Both the position numbers and the translations under genes were made by a program. Shown piece after piece: positions 7,554 through 15,745 of a stretch of 52,332 nt of DNA; the first letter of the stretch is position 1; every line of letters begins with the position of its first letter. Origin of the DNA: Bacilli bacterium (GTDB lineage Bacteria > Bacillota_I > Bacilli_A > RFN20 > CAG-826); assembly GCA_016296285.1 (NCBI GenBank), contig JAEDJP010000001.1, forward strand, positions 1 to 52,332, read 5' to 3'. Under the pieces are notes generated by a model. It saw only the letters and a program-made list of their open reading frames with translations, made no database searches and was not told where the DNA came from.

Positions 7554-8933
7554 ATGGACAAACTGGGCAATCAATACGTATCGTCCTACCGCAACGAAGG
7601 ATACCTTCCCGTTTCCAAGCGCCTGACCGCCGGATTCGTGGATGTCATGCTTCTCATCATCCTTTCGTTTGGCCTCATGATCGCTTCCTCAGAAATCGCG
7701 ATGGCGGTTCCTTCCTATTCCGAGAAGATCGAGACGATCAATGCTTCCCGCGTTGCCCTTTACGAGTTGCAAGAAGAGACGCTCCTCTATGAGTATCCCG
7801 TCGACCAAGAAGGGAACAAGGATTATTCGACCCCCATTTCCCAAAACAAGGTCTTCGAGAAATATTGCTACGAAAACATCCTATACACCTATTCGCTTTG
7901 CAAAGACGAATGGGATCTCGCCTATACCCTTGGGAACGATGACCCAACCGCCGAAGCGAAACTCGCCGCTTATTCCCCGACGAGTTACGACACGGACCGC
8001 CTTGCCTATTTCTACGTGACTTACGCGAGTGCCCATAACGAAAACGGGAACCTTTTCGCCTTGCAGCAAGGAGAAACCTACATCTCCCATTTCAAGACGA
8101 TTTTGCGCAACGCCTCCGCCGGGGCGGAATGGGATTATTTTGACGGGGATGACCGTTTGCCCGCGCTTTCGATGGCGTTTGCCCATCGCCTTTATCGTTA
8201 TCTCGTCTTCTCCGAAGGCGGCCAGGACGGGCTGAACGCCTACAACTTCCTGATCACCCAATACCAAACCCTTTTCGATGACGCGGGCCAGATTCTTTAT
8301 CGAAGCGACGCCTATCAAGCCCTTTACCAAACCTATTTCTCCGCTTATGGGGAATGTTCGCGCGTCGTTTCCCTTTTCTCGTTCCTTTCCTATGTCGCTT
8401 CGTTCTTGCTTTTGATTCTCTTGCCCTCCCTCCTGTTCAAAAACGGGGAGACCCTTGGCCTGTTCCTTCGCAAGGGCACCCTCTTGCACCAAGATCGTCT
8501 CGAGGTTTCCAAAGGTCAGGTCCTCTTGCGTGACCTTGCCTCGTTTTTCACGTCGTTCCCGACGCTCCTTGTTTCCTGCTATTTCGCCGGCGGCTTCAAT
8601 TCCGGGTGGATGTATCCCCTCTTTTCGATCGGCGGGGCAGGCGTTTCCCTTTTCAACCTCACCCTCATCAGCTTGATTTTCCCCATCGTGAATCTCGCGA
8701 TGGCTTTGATCCGCAAGGACAAGCGCGGCTTCACCGAACTCTTGAGCAACACGATTCTCATCGACCGTTCCTATTACGTCGATCATCGCCTTGAAGCAGA
8801 AGATGAGAAAGAAAAAGAAGAAGAAGCGAAAACCCCGACCCCCGTCTCCGCGGAAGTCCCGTATTTCGATTCATCTTGCTTTGAAAACACGGAACGGCCG
8901 AAGCCGTTCGACGATGATTCGGGCTCTCATTGA
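7554..8933 (+). CDS. RDD-family polytopic membrane protein with a large loop between TM1 and TM2
   Basis: RDD-like signature (KRLTAGFVDVML ... KNGETLGLFLRKGTLL ... D). About 230 aa separate the first TM from the TM cluster. Homologous along its whole length to the ORF at 50126-51388. It starts 4 nt after the ATPase stop. Confidence 0.6.
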   Translation: MDKLGNQYVSSYRNEGYLPVSKRLTAGFVDVMLLIILSFGLMIASSEIAMAVPSYSEKIETINASRVALYELQEETLLYEYPVDQEGNKDYSTPISQNKVFEKYCYENILYTYSLCKDEWDLAYTLGNDDPTAEAKLAAYSPTSYDTDRLAYFYVTYASAHNENGNLFALQQGETYISHFKTILRNASAGAEWDYFDGDDRLPALSMAFAHRLYRYLVFSEGGQDGLNAYNFLITQYQTLFDDAGQILYRSDAYQALYQTYFSAYGECSRVVSLFSFLSYVASFLLLILLPSLLFKNGETLGLFLRKGTLLHQDRLEVSKGQVLLRDLASFFTSFPTLLVSCYFAGGFNSGWMYPLFSIGGAGVSLFNLTLISLIFPIVNLAMALIRKDKRGFTELLSNTILIDRSYYVDHRLEAEDEKEKEEEAKTPTPVSAEVPYFDSSCFENTERPKPFDDDSGSH

Positions 8934-9787
8934 TCCAGGTCAACGAGATTCTTTTGCTTGTAAAGCGTCGGGGGCATCCCGAAGTACCGCTTGAAGCGGC
9001 GCGCGAAATAGAACTGATTGGAATATCCGATCGCCTCGGCGATCTGGTTGATGGTCAACGTCCGGTGATTGAGCAATTCAATCGCCTTTTTCATGCGGAC
9101 GTCATCGACGAATTGGATGGGGGTGATCCCGATTTGCTCCTTGAAAAGACGCGTGAGGTAGGAAGGGGAAAACCCGAATCGTTCCGCGACCGATTGGATC
9201 GATAAGGCGGGGTCGTTGTAATGGATCGTGAGATAACGGCTGATGATTTTGGTCGTTTCTTCTTTCTTGGACGAAATCTGCATCTGCTCCTTCGGGTGAT
9301 TTTGGAGCAAGAAGGCGAGAAGGCGATAAACGTATCCCGTCACAAGGAGGCCTTCCGCGCTTTCCGTCGCCGCGTTGTCCGCCTCGACCATTTCCTTCAA
9401 GAGCTTTTCGACGGGATGGCCCTCGGCGTCGGAAAAAATGAAATTGTCGGGGCGCATGGTCGTGCCATCCAAGACCGTCCGCATGGCCGTGCCGCTGATC
9501 TCAATCCAGATGTAGGACCACGGGTCGTGTTTCACGGGGCTATAGGTCGCGTTCGAATGGGGAGGCAGGATAAAAAAGTTATTAGCCGAGACATGGCAAG
9601 AATGGCCCTCAAGACGAATGGTTCCTTGCCCGGAAAGGACGTAATGGATGATATAACATGCCTTGTCGGATTGGATGGGCGCTTTGTTGGTTCGACAGCG
9701 TTCATACCCAACAACGAGAGGCGTAATCGCGGAATCGTTGCGCACTGAAATGTAGCTGTAGTATACATCACGGTCAAAGACGCCCAT
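8927..9787 (-). CDS. AraC-family transcriptional regulator (cupin sensor domain plus C-terminal HTH)
   Basis: C-terminal double HTH (YLTRLFKEQIGITPIQF ... INQIAEAIGYSNQFYFARRFKRYFGMPP). AGGAGG lies upstream of the start. The 3' end overlaps the convergent RDD gene by 7 nt. Confidence 0.85.
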   Translation of the reverse strand: MGVFDRDVYYSYISVRNDSAITPLVVGYERCRTNKAPIQSDKACYIIHYVLSGQGTIRLEGHSCHVSANNFFILPPHSNATYSPVKHDPWSYIWIEISGTAMRTVLDGTTMRPDNFIFSDAEGHPVEKLLKEMVEADNAATESAEGLLVTGYVYRLLAFLLQNHPKEQMQISSKKEETTKIISRYLTIHYNDPALSIQSVAERFGFSPSYLTRLFKEQIGITPIQFVDDVRMKKAIELLNHRTLTINQIAEAIGYSNQFYFARRFKRYFGMPPTLYKQKNLVDLDQ

Positions 9788-9832
9788 AAAAAACCTCCTG
9801 AATGGCTTCCGCTTTCATTTAAGCACTCAATA

Positions 9833-9847
9833 TCAAAAAAGTATATA
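9833..9847 (+). promoter_or_regulatory. 15-nt element TCAAAAAAGTATATA (copy 2), in the AraC/permease divergent intergenic region
   Basis: Exact repeat of 5742-5756, located 48 nt upstream of the permease start codon. Confidence 0.5.
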
Positions 9848-9894
9848 TCTACGGTGAAAATGTTTATTCTTTTGGAGGGAACCGCCTTTCTATA

Positions 9895-10887
9895 ATGAAA
9901 GCGCTTCCAATAAGTATGGCTAATATAAGCACAAAGTTGAGTGAACGCGATTTGATTCGCAAGCCCAAGGCGCGGAGCCTTTGGTCCAAATGGGGAATCA
10001 CGCTCTTTTTGATGGCCTTGCCGACAATCGTCTACGTCTTCATCTTCCATTACCTTCCTTTGGAAGGCCTCATCATTTCCTTCAAGGATTACAACTCGTT
10101 TCAGGGCATCTGGGGATCCCCTTGGACCGAGATGGGAGGTTTCAAGCATTTCCACACCTTCGTGACCGCCCCGAACTTCTGGACGCTCGTGAAGAACACC
10201 CTCGTCCTTTCGGTCCTTAGCATCGTTTTCAACTCCACGCTCCCCATTCTTTACGCTTTGTTCCTCAATGAAGTCCGTTTCAAATGGGCCAAGAAGACGG
10301 TGCAGATCATCATGTATGCCCCGTATTTCATCTCGACGGTCGTCATGGTCGGCATCCTCTTCGTCCTCTTCCGCGCGGATACCGGCTCGATCACCAAGAT
10401 CCTCGTGACCCTCGGCTTTGAGGGATCGTCCGCGATGAGCAATCCGAAAGCTTTCGTCGCCATCTACATCATCTCGGGCCTCTGGCAGGGCCTTGGCTGG
10501 TGGTCCATCGTCTACATGGGCTCCCTCGCGAACGTGGACCCGAACCTCCACGATGCCGCGAAAATCGATGGGGCGGGTCGCCTGCGTCGCATCTTCTCGG
10601 TCAATTTCCCCTCCATCCTTCCGCTTGCCATCATCATGCTCATCATGTCGATCGGCAATATCCTGAACGTCGGTTTCGAAAAGGTCTATTTGATGTATAC
10701 CCCGGGCAATTCCGTCGCCTCGGAGATCATCTCGACCTATGTCTATCGCATCTCGTTCCCGGATTACGGGTTGCCCCAATTCTCCTACGCGACCGCGATC
10801 GGCCTCTTCAACTCCGTCATCAACATCATCATCCTCGTGACGGCCAACTTCATCTCGAAAAAGGTTAGCGACAACTCGCTTTGGTAA
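9895..10887 (+). CDS. sugar ABC transporter permease, LplB/YtcP-like
   Basis: 330-aa polytopic protein with an LplB-type N-terminus (LFLMALPTIVYVFIFHYLPLEGLIISFKDY) and an EAA-loop region (DAAKIDGAGRLRRIFSVNFP). Confidence 0.85.
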   Translation: MKALPISMANISTKLSERDLIRKPKARSLWSKWGITLFLMALPTIVYVFIFHYLPLEGLIISFKDYNSFQGIWGSPWTEMGGFKHFHTFVTAPNFWTLVKNTLVLSVLSIVFNSTLPILYALFLNEVRFKWAKKTVQIIMYAPYFISTVVMVGILFVLFRADTGSITKILVTLGFEGSSAMSNPKAFVAIYIISGLWQGLGWWSIVYMGSLANVDPNLHDAAKIDGAGRLRRIFSVNFPSILPLAIIMLIMSIGNILNVGFEKVYLMYTPGNSVASEIISTYVYRISFPDYGLPQFSYATAIGLFNSVINIIILVTANFISKKVSDNSLW

Positions 10888-10892
10888 GGATT

Positions 10893-11750
10893 ATGAAACG
10901 CTGGAATCGTGAAAAAGTCTTTGATGTCGTCATCACCGTCATCATGCTCCTCGTCGCCTTGGCTTTCCTTTTGCCGCTTTTGAATGTCCTCGCCTGCTCG
11001 TTCTCGAGCCCCGAGAAGGTCGTCGCGGGCGAAGTCGGCCTTTTCCCCGTCGAATTCACCGTGCGTGGATATCAAGAGGTATTCGCGAACGACTCCTTGA
11101 TGCGCGGGTTCCTGAACACCCTGTTCTACACCTTCCTCGGTACCGTCATCCAGGTGACCCTCCAGATGCTTTGCGCCTACCCCCTCAGCCGCCCCGATTT
11201 CAAAGGCCGGAAATTCCTCAACATCTTCCTGACCCTCACGATGTTCATCAGCGGCGGCATGATCCCGACCTACCTCCTCATCTCGAACCTCGGGATGCTC
11301 GACACGATTTGGGCGATCATCATCCCGGGCTGCGTCTCCGTCTTCAACATCATCGTCATCCGCACCTACATGCAGAACTCGATTCCCGCGGAACTCCAAG
11401 AGGCGGCGCGCATCGACGGGTGCGGGGATTTCCAGATTTTCCTGCGCGTGGTCTTGCCCCTTTGCAGGCCGATCCTCTTCGTCATGGTCCTCTATGCCAT
11501 CGTTGGGTATTGGAACAACTACTTCAACGCCTTGCTTTACATCCAATCCACGGACCTTTACCCCTTGCAGAGGGTTCTCCAAGACATGCTCGTTACCAAC
11601 AGCGGTTCTCTTGGCGCCGGGGACCCGAACCTGCAGGAACAACTCAAATACGTCACCATTATCGTCAGCTCATTGCCGCTTCTTGTCATATACCCGTTCT
11701 TCCAGAAGTACTTCGAGAAGGGCGTCGTCATGGGCGGCGTGAAAGGATAG
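10893..11750 (+). CDS. sugar ABC transporter permease, LplC-like
   Basis: Polytopic protein with the EAA loop EAARIDGCGDFQIFLRVVLP. The ATG at 10893 follows the upstream stop. An alternative TTG at 10881 overlaps that stop. Confidence 0.85.
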   Translation: MKRWNREKVFDVVITVIMLLVALAFLLPLLNVLACSFSSPEKVVAGEVGLFPVEFTVRGYQEVFANDSLMRGFLNTLFYTFLGTVIQVTLQMLCAYPLSRPDFKGRKFLNIFLTLTMFISGGMIPTYLLISNLGMLDTIWAIIIPGCVSVFNIIVIRTYMQNSIPAELQEAARIDGCGDFQIFLRVVLPLCRPILFVMVLYAIVGYWNNYFNALLYIQSTDLYPLQRVLQDMLVTNSGSLGAGDPNLQEQLKYVTIIVSSLPLLVIYPFFQKYFEKGVVMGGVKG

Positions 11751-11762
11751 GAGGTTTCGAGA

Positions 11763-13511
11763 ATGAAAAAACCAATCAACAAGGGATTCGCATTCCTAGG
11801 CATGGCCATTGCCCTCGCAGCTTGCGGTGGTGGCGGAGCCGGTTCCTACGACCCCGATAATTTTCTGCCAGAAGGCACGGCGGAAAATCCCTATCAAATC
11901 GTGAAGGAACCCATCACGATCAAGATTTTCGCGCCCCATAGCAGCGGCAATCCGGAATACAAAGACCTCAAGATGTTCAAGCATCTTTCGAAGGTCACGA
12001 ATCTCAAATTCGAATTCACGACCCCCGACACGAGCGCTTACGCGAATCGCCGTTCCGCCGTGTGGGAAGACCGCAATTACAAACCCGACCTGTTCTTGTT
12101 CAACAACCCGATCGCCGAGCAAATCCAGTACGCGGAGAACAAATTCAACGCCCTGACCCCCTTCAACGATCCCGAGTATTCCGATGGCACGGGGAATGTC
12201 GGTTCCCTCATCGACAACTACATGCCGAATTACAAGGCCCTTTTGGAGAACAACTTCGGCATCGATTCGGAAAAGGAAAGCGCGCGGGAAACCGCGACCA
12301 TCAGCGATGGCAAGATGTATTGCTCCATCTCCGCGAAAGACGTCGCCCGCGACCTCACGTACAAGATGTTTATCAACAACGTCTGGATCAAAAACGTGTA
12401 TACGTCCTACCCGAATTCCTACTGCGCGACCCACGGCATCGACGATGCGTCCAAGATCCTCTTGATCGATGATTACGTCGGCGTCCTCACGGATTTCAAC
12501 GCGTTTGACGCGAACAACAACGGCAAGACGGGCGATGAAATCGCCGTCTCCTCGAAAGCCTTCGAGTACCTTCGCAATTTCATCCTCCAGGCCTATGGGT
12601 ACGTCTCTTACTCCTGCGAGCTTGAAAACGACGGATCCCACTTTACCTATGTCCCGAAGACCAATGCCTACCGCAACTACCTCAAGACCGCCTCTGGCAT
12701 GTGGTCCGCGGGTCTCATGGACCGCAGCACCCCGGAAAACAAGACCGACTCCTTGATGGCGACCAACGGCAAGCGCCTTGGCTCGTTCGTCGCGGCCGCC
12801 CCCTATATCATTACCTCCCAGCAAAACGACCCGAACAACCTCAAAGAAGACGGGACGCCCTATCGTTATGATGAGGAATACGTCACGGTGGCCCCCTTGC
12901 TTTCCTCTTCCTATGACGGTCCGCGCATGCAGCTTGGCTTCGGCTTCTTCAAGCCAGACGGCGCTTGCATCCCCACCGCCTCGAACTACAAGAGGGAAGT
13001 CGCCCGCCTCATCGACATCATGTATGGCCCCCTCGGCACCCAGCTCATCTCCTATGGCGTCGAGAACGAGGACTGGACTTGGGACGATGAAGCCAAAACG
13101 AGCTGGACCTTCCACGTTCCCGATACCTGGACGGGCAACCAGGAGGAATACCGCGGCACGATCACCCCGAACGTCGGCAGTGCTTCCGCCCTCTATTGGT
13201 CCAACGAATTCGTCGGCAAGATGAACGACGAGGTCATCACGCGCCTCAACGCCCAATCCGAGACTTACATCCCCTATCTCAAGACCCCCGAGCCCGCGAA
13301 ATACAAATTCACGAGCAAGGAATACGAGACGATTTCCACGATCAAGGCATCCCTTGATAACCAGATCACCTATTACGAGGCTTCCTTCATCACCGGCCAG
13401 CTCGATCCGAATTCCGATTCCGATTGGAACGACTACCTGAACACGATCGAGCGCTTCCGCGCCGGTGAGCTCGAAGGCCTCTACAACACGATGCTCGCGA
13501 GGTATCGCTGA
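11763..13511 (+). CDS. large extracellular solute-binding lipoprotein (LplA/LipO-like) of the ABC transporter
   Basis: Signal peptide with lipobox A-L-A-A-C-GGGG. Its 582-aa size and position after the LplB/C-type permeases fit this family. GGAGG lies upstream of the start. Confidence 0.8.
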   Translation: MKKPINKGFAFLGMAIALAACGGGGAGSYDPDNFLPEGTAENPYQIVKEPITIKIFAPHSSGNPEYKDLKMFKHLSKVTNLKFEFTTPDTSAYANRRSAVWEDRNYKPDLFLFNNPIAEQIQYAENKFNALTPFNDPEYSDGTGNVGSLIDNYMPNYKALLENNFGIDSEKESARETATISDGKMYCSISAKDVARDLTYKMFINNVWIKNVYTSYPNSYCATHGIDDASKILLIDDYVGVLTDFNAFDANNNGKTGDEIAVSSKAFEYLRNFILQAYGYVSYSCELENDGSHFTYVPKTNAYRNYLKTASGMWSAGLMDRSTPENKTDSLMATNGKRLGSFVAAAPYIITSQQNDPNNLKEDGTPYRYDEEYVTVAPLLSSSYDGPRMQLGFGFFKPDGACIPTASNYKREVARLIDIMYGPLGTQLISYGVENEDWTWDDEAKTSWTFHVPDTWTGNQEEYRGTITPNVGSASALYWSNEFVGKMNDEVITRLNAQSETYIPYLKTPEPAKYKFTSKEYETISTIKASLDNQITYYEASFITGQLDPNSDSDWNDYLNTIERFRAGELEGLYNTMLARYR

Positions 13512-15745
13512 TGAAGAATAAAGGCCTGATGCTTCTCCTCCTTTCCGGCATGCTCCTTTCCGCATGCGGAGGCGGAGGGGAACCGCAAGTCTCCTCCTCG
13601 GAAGAAGCCACTTCCTCAAAGAGCAGCGAATCCTCAAAGGAAGCGATCCCGGTTTCCTCGGTCGAGCTCACCCTTGATCGATACGAGGTCACGGTCGGGG
13701 ATGAAATCGGCTTCACGGTCTCCGTCCTCCCCGAGAATGCGGACGACAAAAAAGTGACCCTTGGCGCTTCCGTGGACGGATTCGTGGAAATCAAGGAATC
13801 CACCATCCTCGCCCTGAAGGCGGGAAGCGTCGACATCATCGCGACGAGCGCGGACGGCCTGAAATCCTCCACCAAAACCCTCACCATTCAAGAAAGGAGA
13901 ACGTTTGTGAGCGATCAACAATTCCTCAACGATTTGCCCGCGAATCCTTTCGCGACCGGGACCTACCCGGAAGGGGATACCTGGGGCTTCTCGGACGCCG
14001 GCAAGGTCGGCATCGACAAGGAACGCTTCGAAACGGAATCCCTCTATCCCGTGCCTGCGGATGTCGTGGAATACGCCGCGAAAGATTACGGCATCGTTCC
14101 CGGGGAAGAGAACAACGCCGGCAAGCTCATCAATCTCCTGACGTCCCTCCGAGACGTTGAAGGAACAAAGGTCATCCGTTTCGAGGGCGTCACTTATGAA
14201 TTCGGGAACAGCATCACGGCTTCTTCCCTCAAAGACGTCTATCTCGTCGGCGAGAAAAACACCAAATTCGTGTATACGGGGTGGATGAGTTTCATCGTTC
14301 TCTCGGAATGCGAGAACTTCCACATCAACGGCATCACCTTCGATATCGATCCTTCCCCGACCATCAGCGGCGTCATCGACCACGTCGAGGAAGACGCCTC
14401 GAATGGCTATGTCTACGTCAAGGTCGACGAGGGATATGACCTCACGGACGCGACCTATTCCCGTTATGCCCTCAAGAAGACGGGCAGCTATGCCGAATAC
14501 TACTTTGACGAGAAATATCAGGCATACGTCCCCGATCGTTCGGCGAACCTTTATTACAATCCCGGCCTCAAGAATCTTGAATATAGCTCCGAGACCAAGT
14601 TGCTCAAATGCACCCTTTCGAAGAGCTTCGCCTATTGCAGTTACAAAACCCCGACCGTCGGCAAAGTCGTCGGCATCGCCTTCCAGGTCTACGAAAACCA
14701 CGGCTTCTACTTCAAGGACTGCGTGAACACCTACATGGAAGACGTCACGACCTACACCGTCGGCGGCATGGGCATGCGAACGGACAGCGGCAAGAACCTC
14801 TATCTCAACCGCGTCCGTTTCATCCGCGAACCCGGGACGAGGCGTTTGCTCACCGCGACCGCGGACATCCTCCATACCTGCAACCTCTCGGGCGAGGCGA
14901 TCTTCACCAACTGCGAGCTCGAGGGCAGCCATGACGACGCGATCAACGTCAAATCCTTCTATACGAAAATCAGCGCGATCAGGAACAACGTCGTCTCGGT
15001 CGCCCAAACCCAAAACGAAGTCACGATCAGCTTCGATGTCGGGGACGAAGTCGACGTTTATGACCCCACGGGTCTCAAATACAAGGACACCTTCGTCGTC
15101 CAAAAGGTCGAGCAAATCGGTACCTCGTTCGATCTCACCCTCGACAAGGCCATGCCTTCCCGCGGCTCGAACTCGTACCTCGGGTTCAGCCTTGGCAACG
15201 CCACCAAGGCGGTGCGCTTGACCCTCGACAACACCTTGATCAAGAACAAGCGCAACCGCGGCATCCTTCTCCAAGGCCGTGACTCAGTCATCAAGAACTG
15301 CACCTTCCAAAACGTCAACATGGGCGCCGTCCAGATCCTGGGCGTCGATGACGTCTTCAAGGAAGCCATCGTCCCGAAGAACATCCGGGTCGAGAACACG
15401 AAATTCCTGCAATGCTGGGACGATTTGTCCGCGTTCACCTGGGACGCTTCCGGGAATAGCACCCCCGGCACCCTCCAGAAGGTCGCGATCGAGAATAACT
15501 ATTTCTATCGCGGCACCGGGAATAGCATCTATCTCAAAGGCGTCGGCGACGTGAGCGTCAAGAACAATTTCTTCCAAGAGCAGCGCTCGAAAGCCTACTC
15601 GGTCCGCGTCGATTACGCGGAAAACATCCGCCTCGAGGATAACGCCTATTACCTCGATGGCCAAGGGGGATACAACTTCGCCTCCATCACCTCGAATGCC
15701 ACGGGCGTCACCCAAAGCGGCAATGCCCAGAAAGGAACGTTATGA
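13511..15745 (+). CDS. surface lipoprotein: Big_2 Ig-like domain plus right-handed parallel beta-helix (putative glycan hydrolase/lyase, family not assignable)
   Basis: Lipobox L-L-S-A-C-GGGG and a Ser/Glu-rich linker. The Big_2-like segment is VTVGDEIGFTVSVLPENADDKKVTL...SVDIIATSADG. Repeated PbH1-like strands are present (NKRNRGILLQGRDSVIKNCTFQNV, IENNYFYRGTGNSIYLKG, VKNNFF). Paralogous to 15742-18747. Confidence 0.6.
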   Translation: MKNKGLMLLLLSGMLLSACGGGGEPQVSSSEEATSSKSSESSKEAIPVSSVELTLDRYEVTVGDEIGFTVSVLPENADDKKVTLGASVDGFVEIKESTILALKAGSVDIIATSADGLKSSTKTLTIQERRTFVSDQQFLNDLPANPFATGTYPEGDTWGFSDAGKVGIDKERFETESLYPVPADVVEYAAKDYGIVPGEENNAGKLINLLTSLRDVEGTKVIRFEGVTYEFGNSITASSLKDVYLVGEKNTKFVYTGWMSFIVLSECENFHINGITFDIDPSPTISGVIDHVEEDASNGYVYVKVDEGYDLTDATYSRYALKKTGSYAEYYFDEKYQAYVPDRSANLYYNPGLKNLEYSSETKLLKCTLSKSFAYCSYKTPTVGKVVGIAFQVYENHGFYFKDCVNTYMEDVTTYTVGGMGMRTDSGKNLYLNRVRFIREPGTRRLLTATADILHTCNLSGEAIFTNCELEGSHDDAINVKSFYTKISAIRNNVVSVAQTQNEVTISFDVGDEVDVYDPTGLKYKDTFVVQKVEQIGTSFDLTLDKAMPSRGSNSYLGFSLGNATKAVRLTLDNTLIKNKRNRGILLQGRDSVIKNCTFQNVNMGAVQILGVDDVFKEAIVPKNIRVENTKFLQCWDDLSAFTWDASGNSTPGTLQKVAIENNYFYRGTGNSIYLKGVGDVSVKNNFFQEQRSKAYSVRVDYAENIRLEDNAYYLDGQGGYNFASITSNATGVTQSGNAQKGTL

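Noticed and set aside
9856-9870. TGAAAATGTTTATTC upstream of the permease operon, considered as a cre site.
   Set aside because: It has three mismatches to the cre consensus, including the central CG and the terminal CA half-site. It is too weak to call.
11796-13637. Very long antisense ORFs in the GC-rich half. Examples: 11796-13637 (613 aa), 18927-21596 (889 aa), 5742-7412 (556 aa), 13634-15274, 15886-17577, 9532-10779, 17677-18687 and 10785-11642. In the right half: 38243-39385 and 42853-43884.
   Set aside because: Each lies opposite a gene with clear family motifs. Their translations are low-complexity and rich in Arg/Gly/Asp/Val/Glu with no recognisable domains. They also lack ribosome-binding sites. 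This is the usual stop-codon-poor antisense frame of GC3-rich coding DNA.
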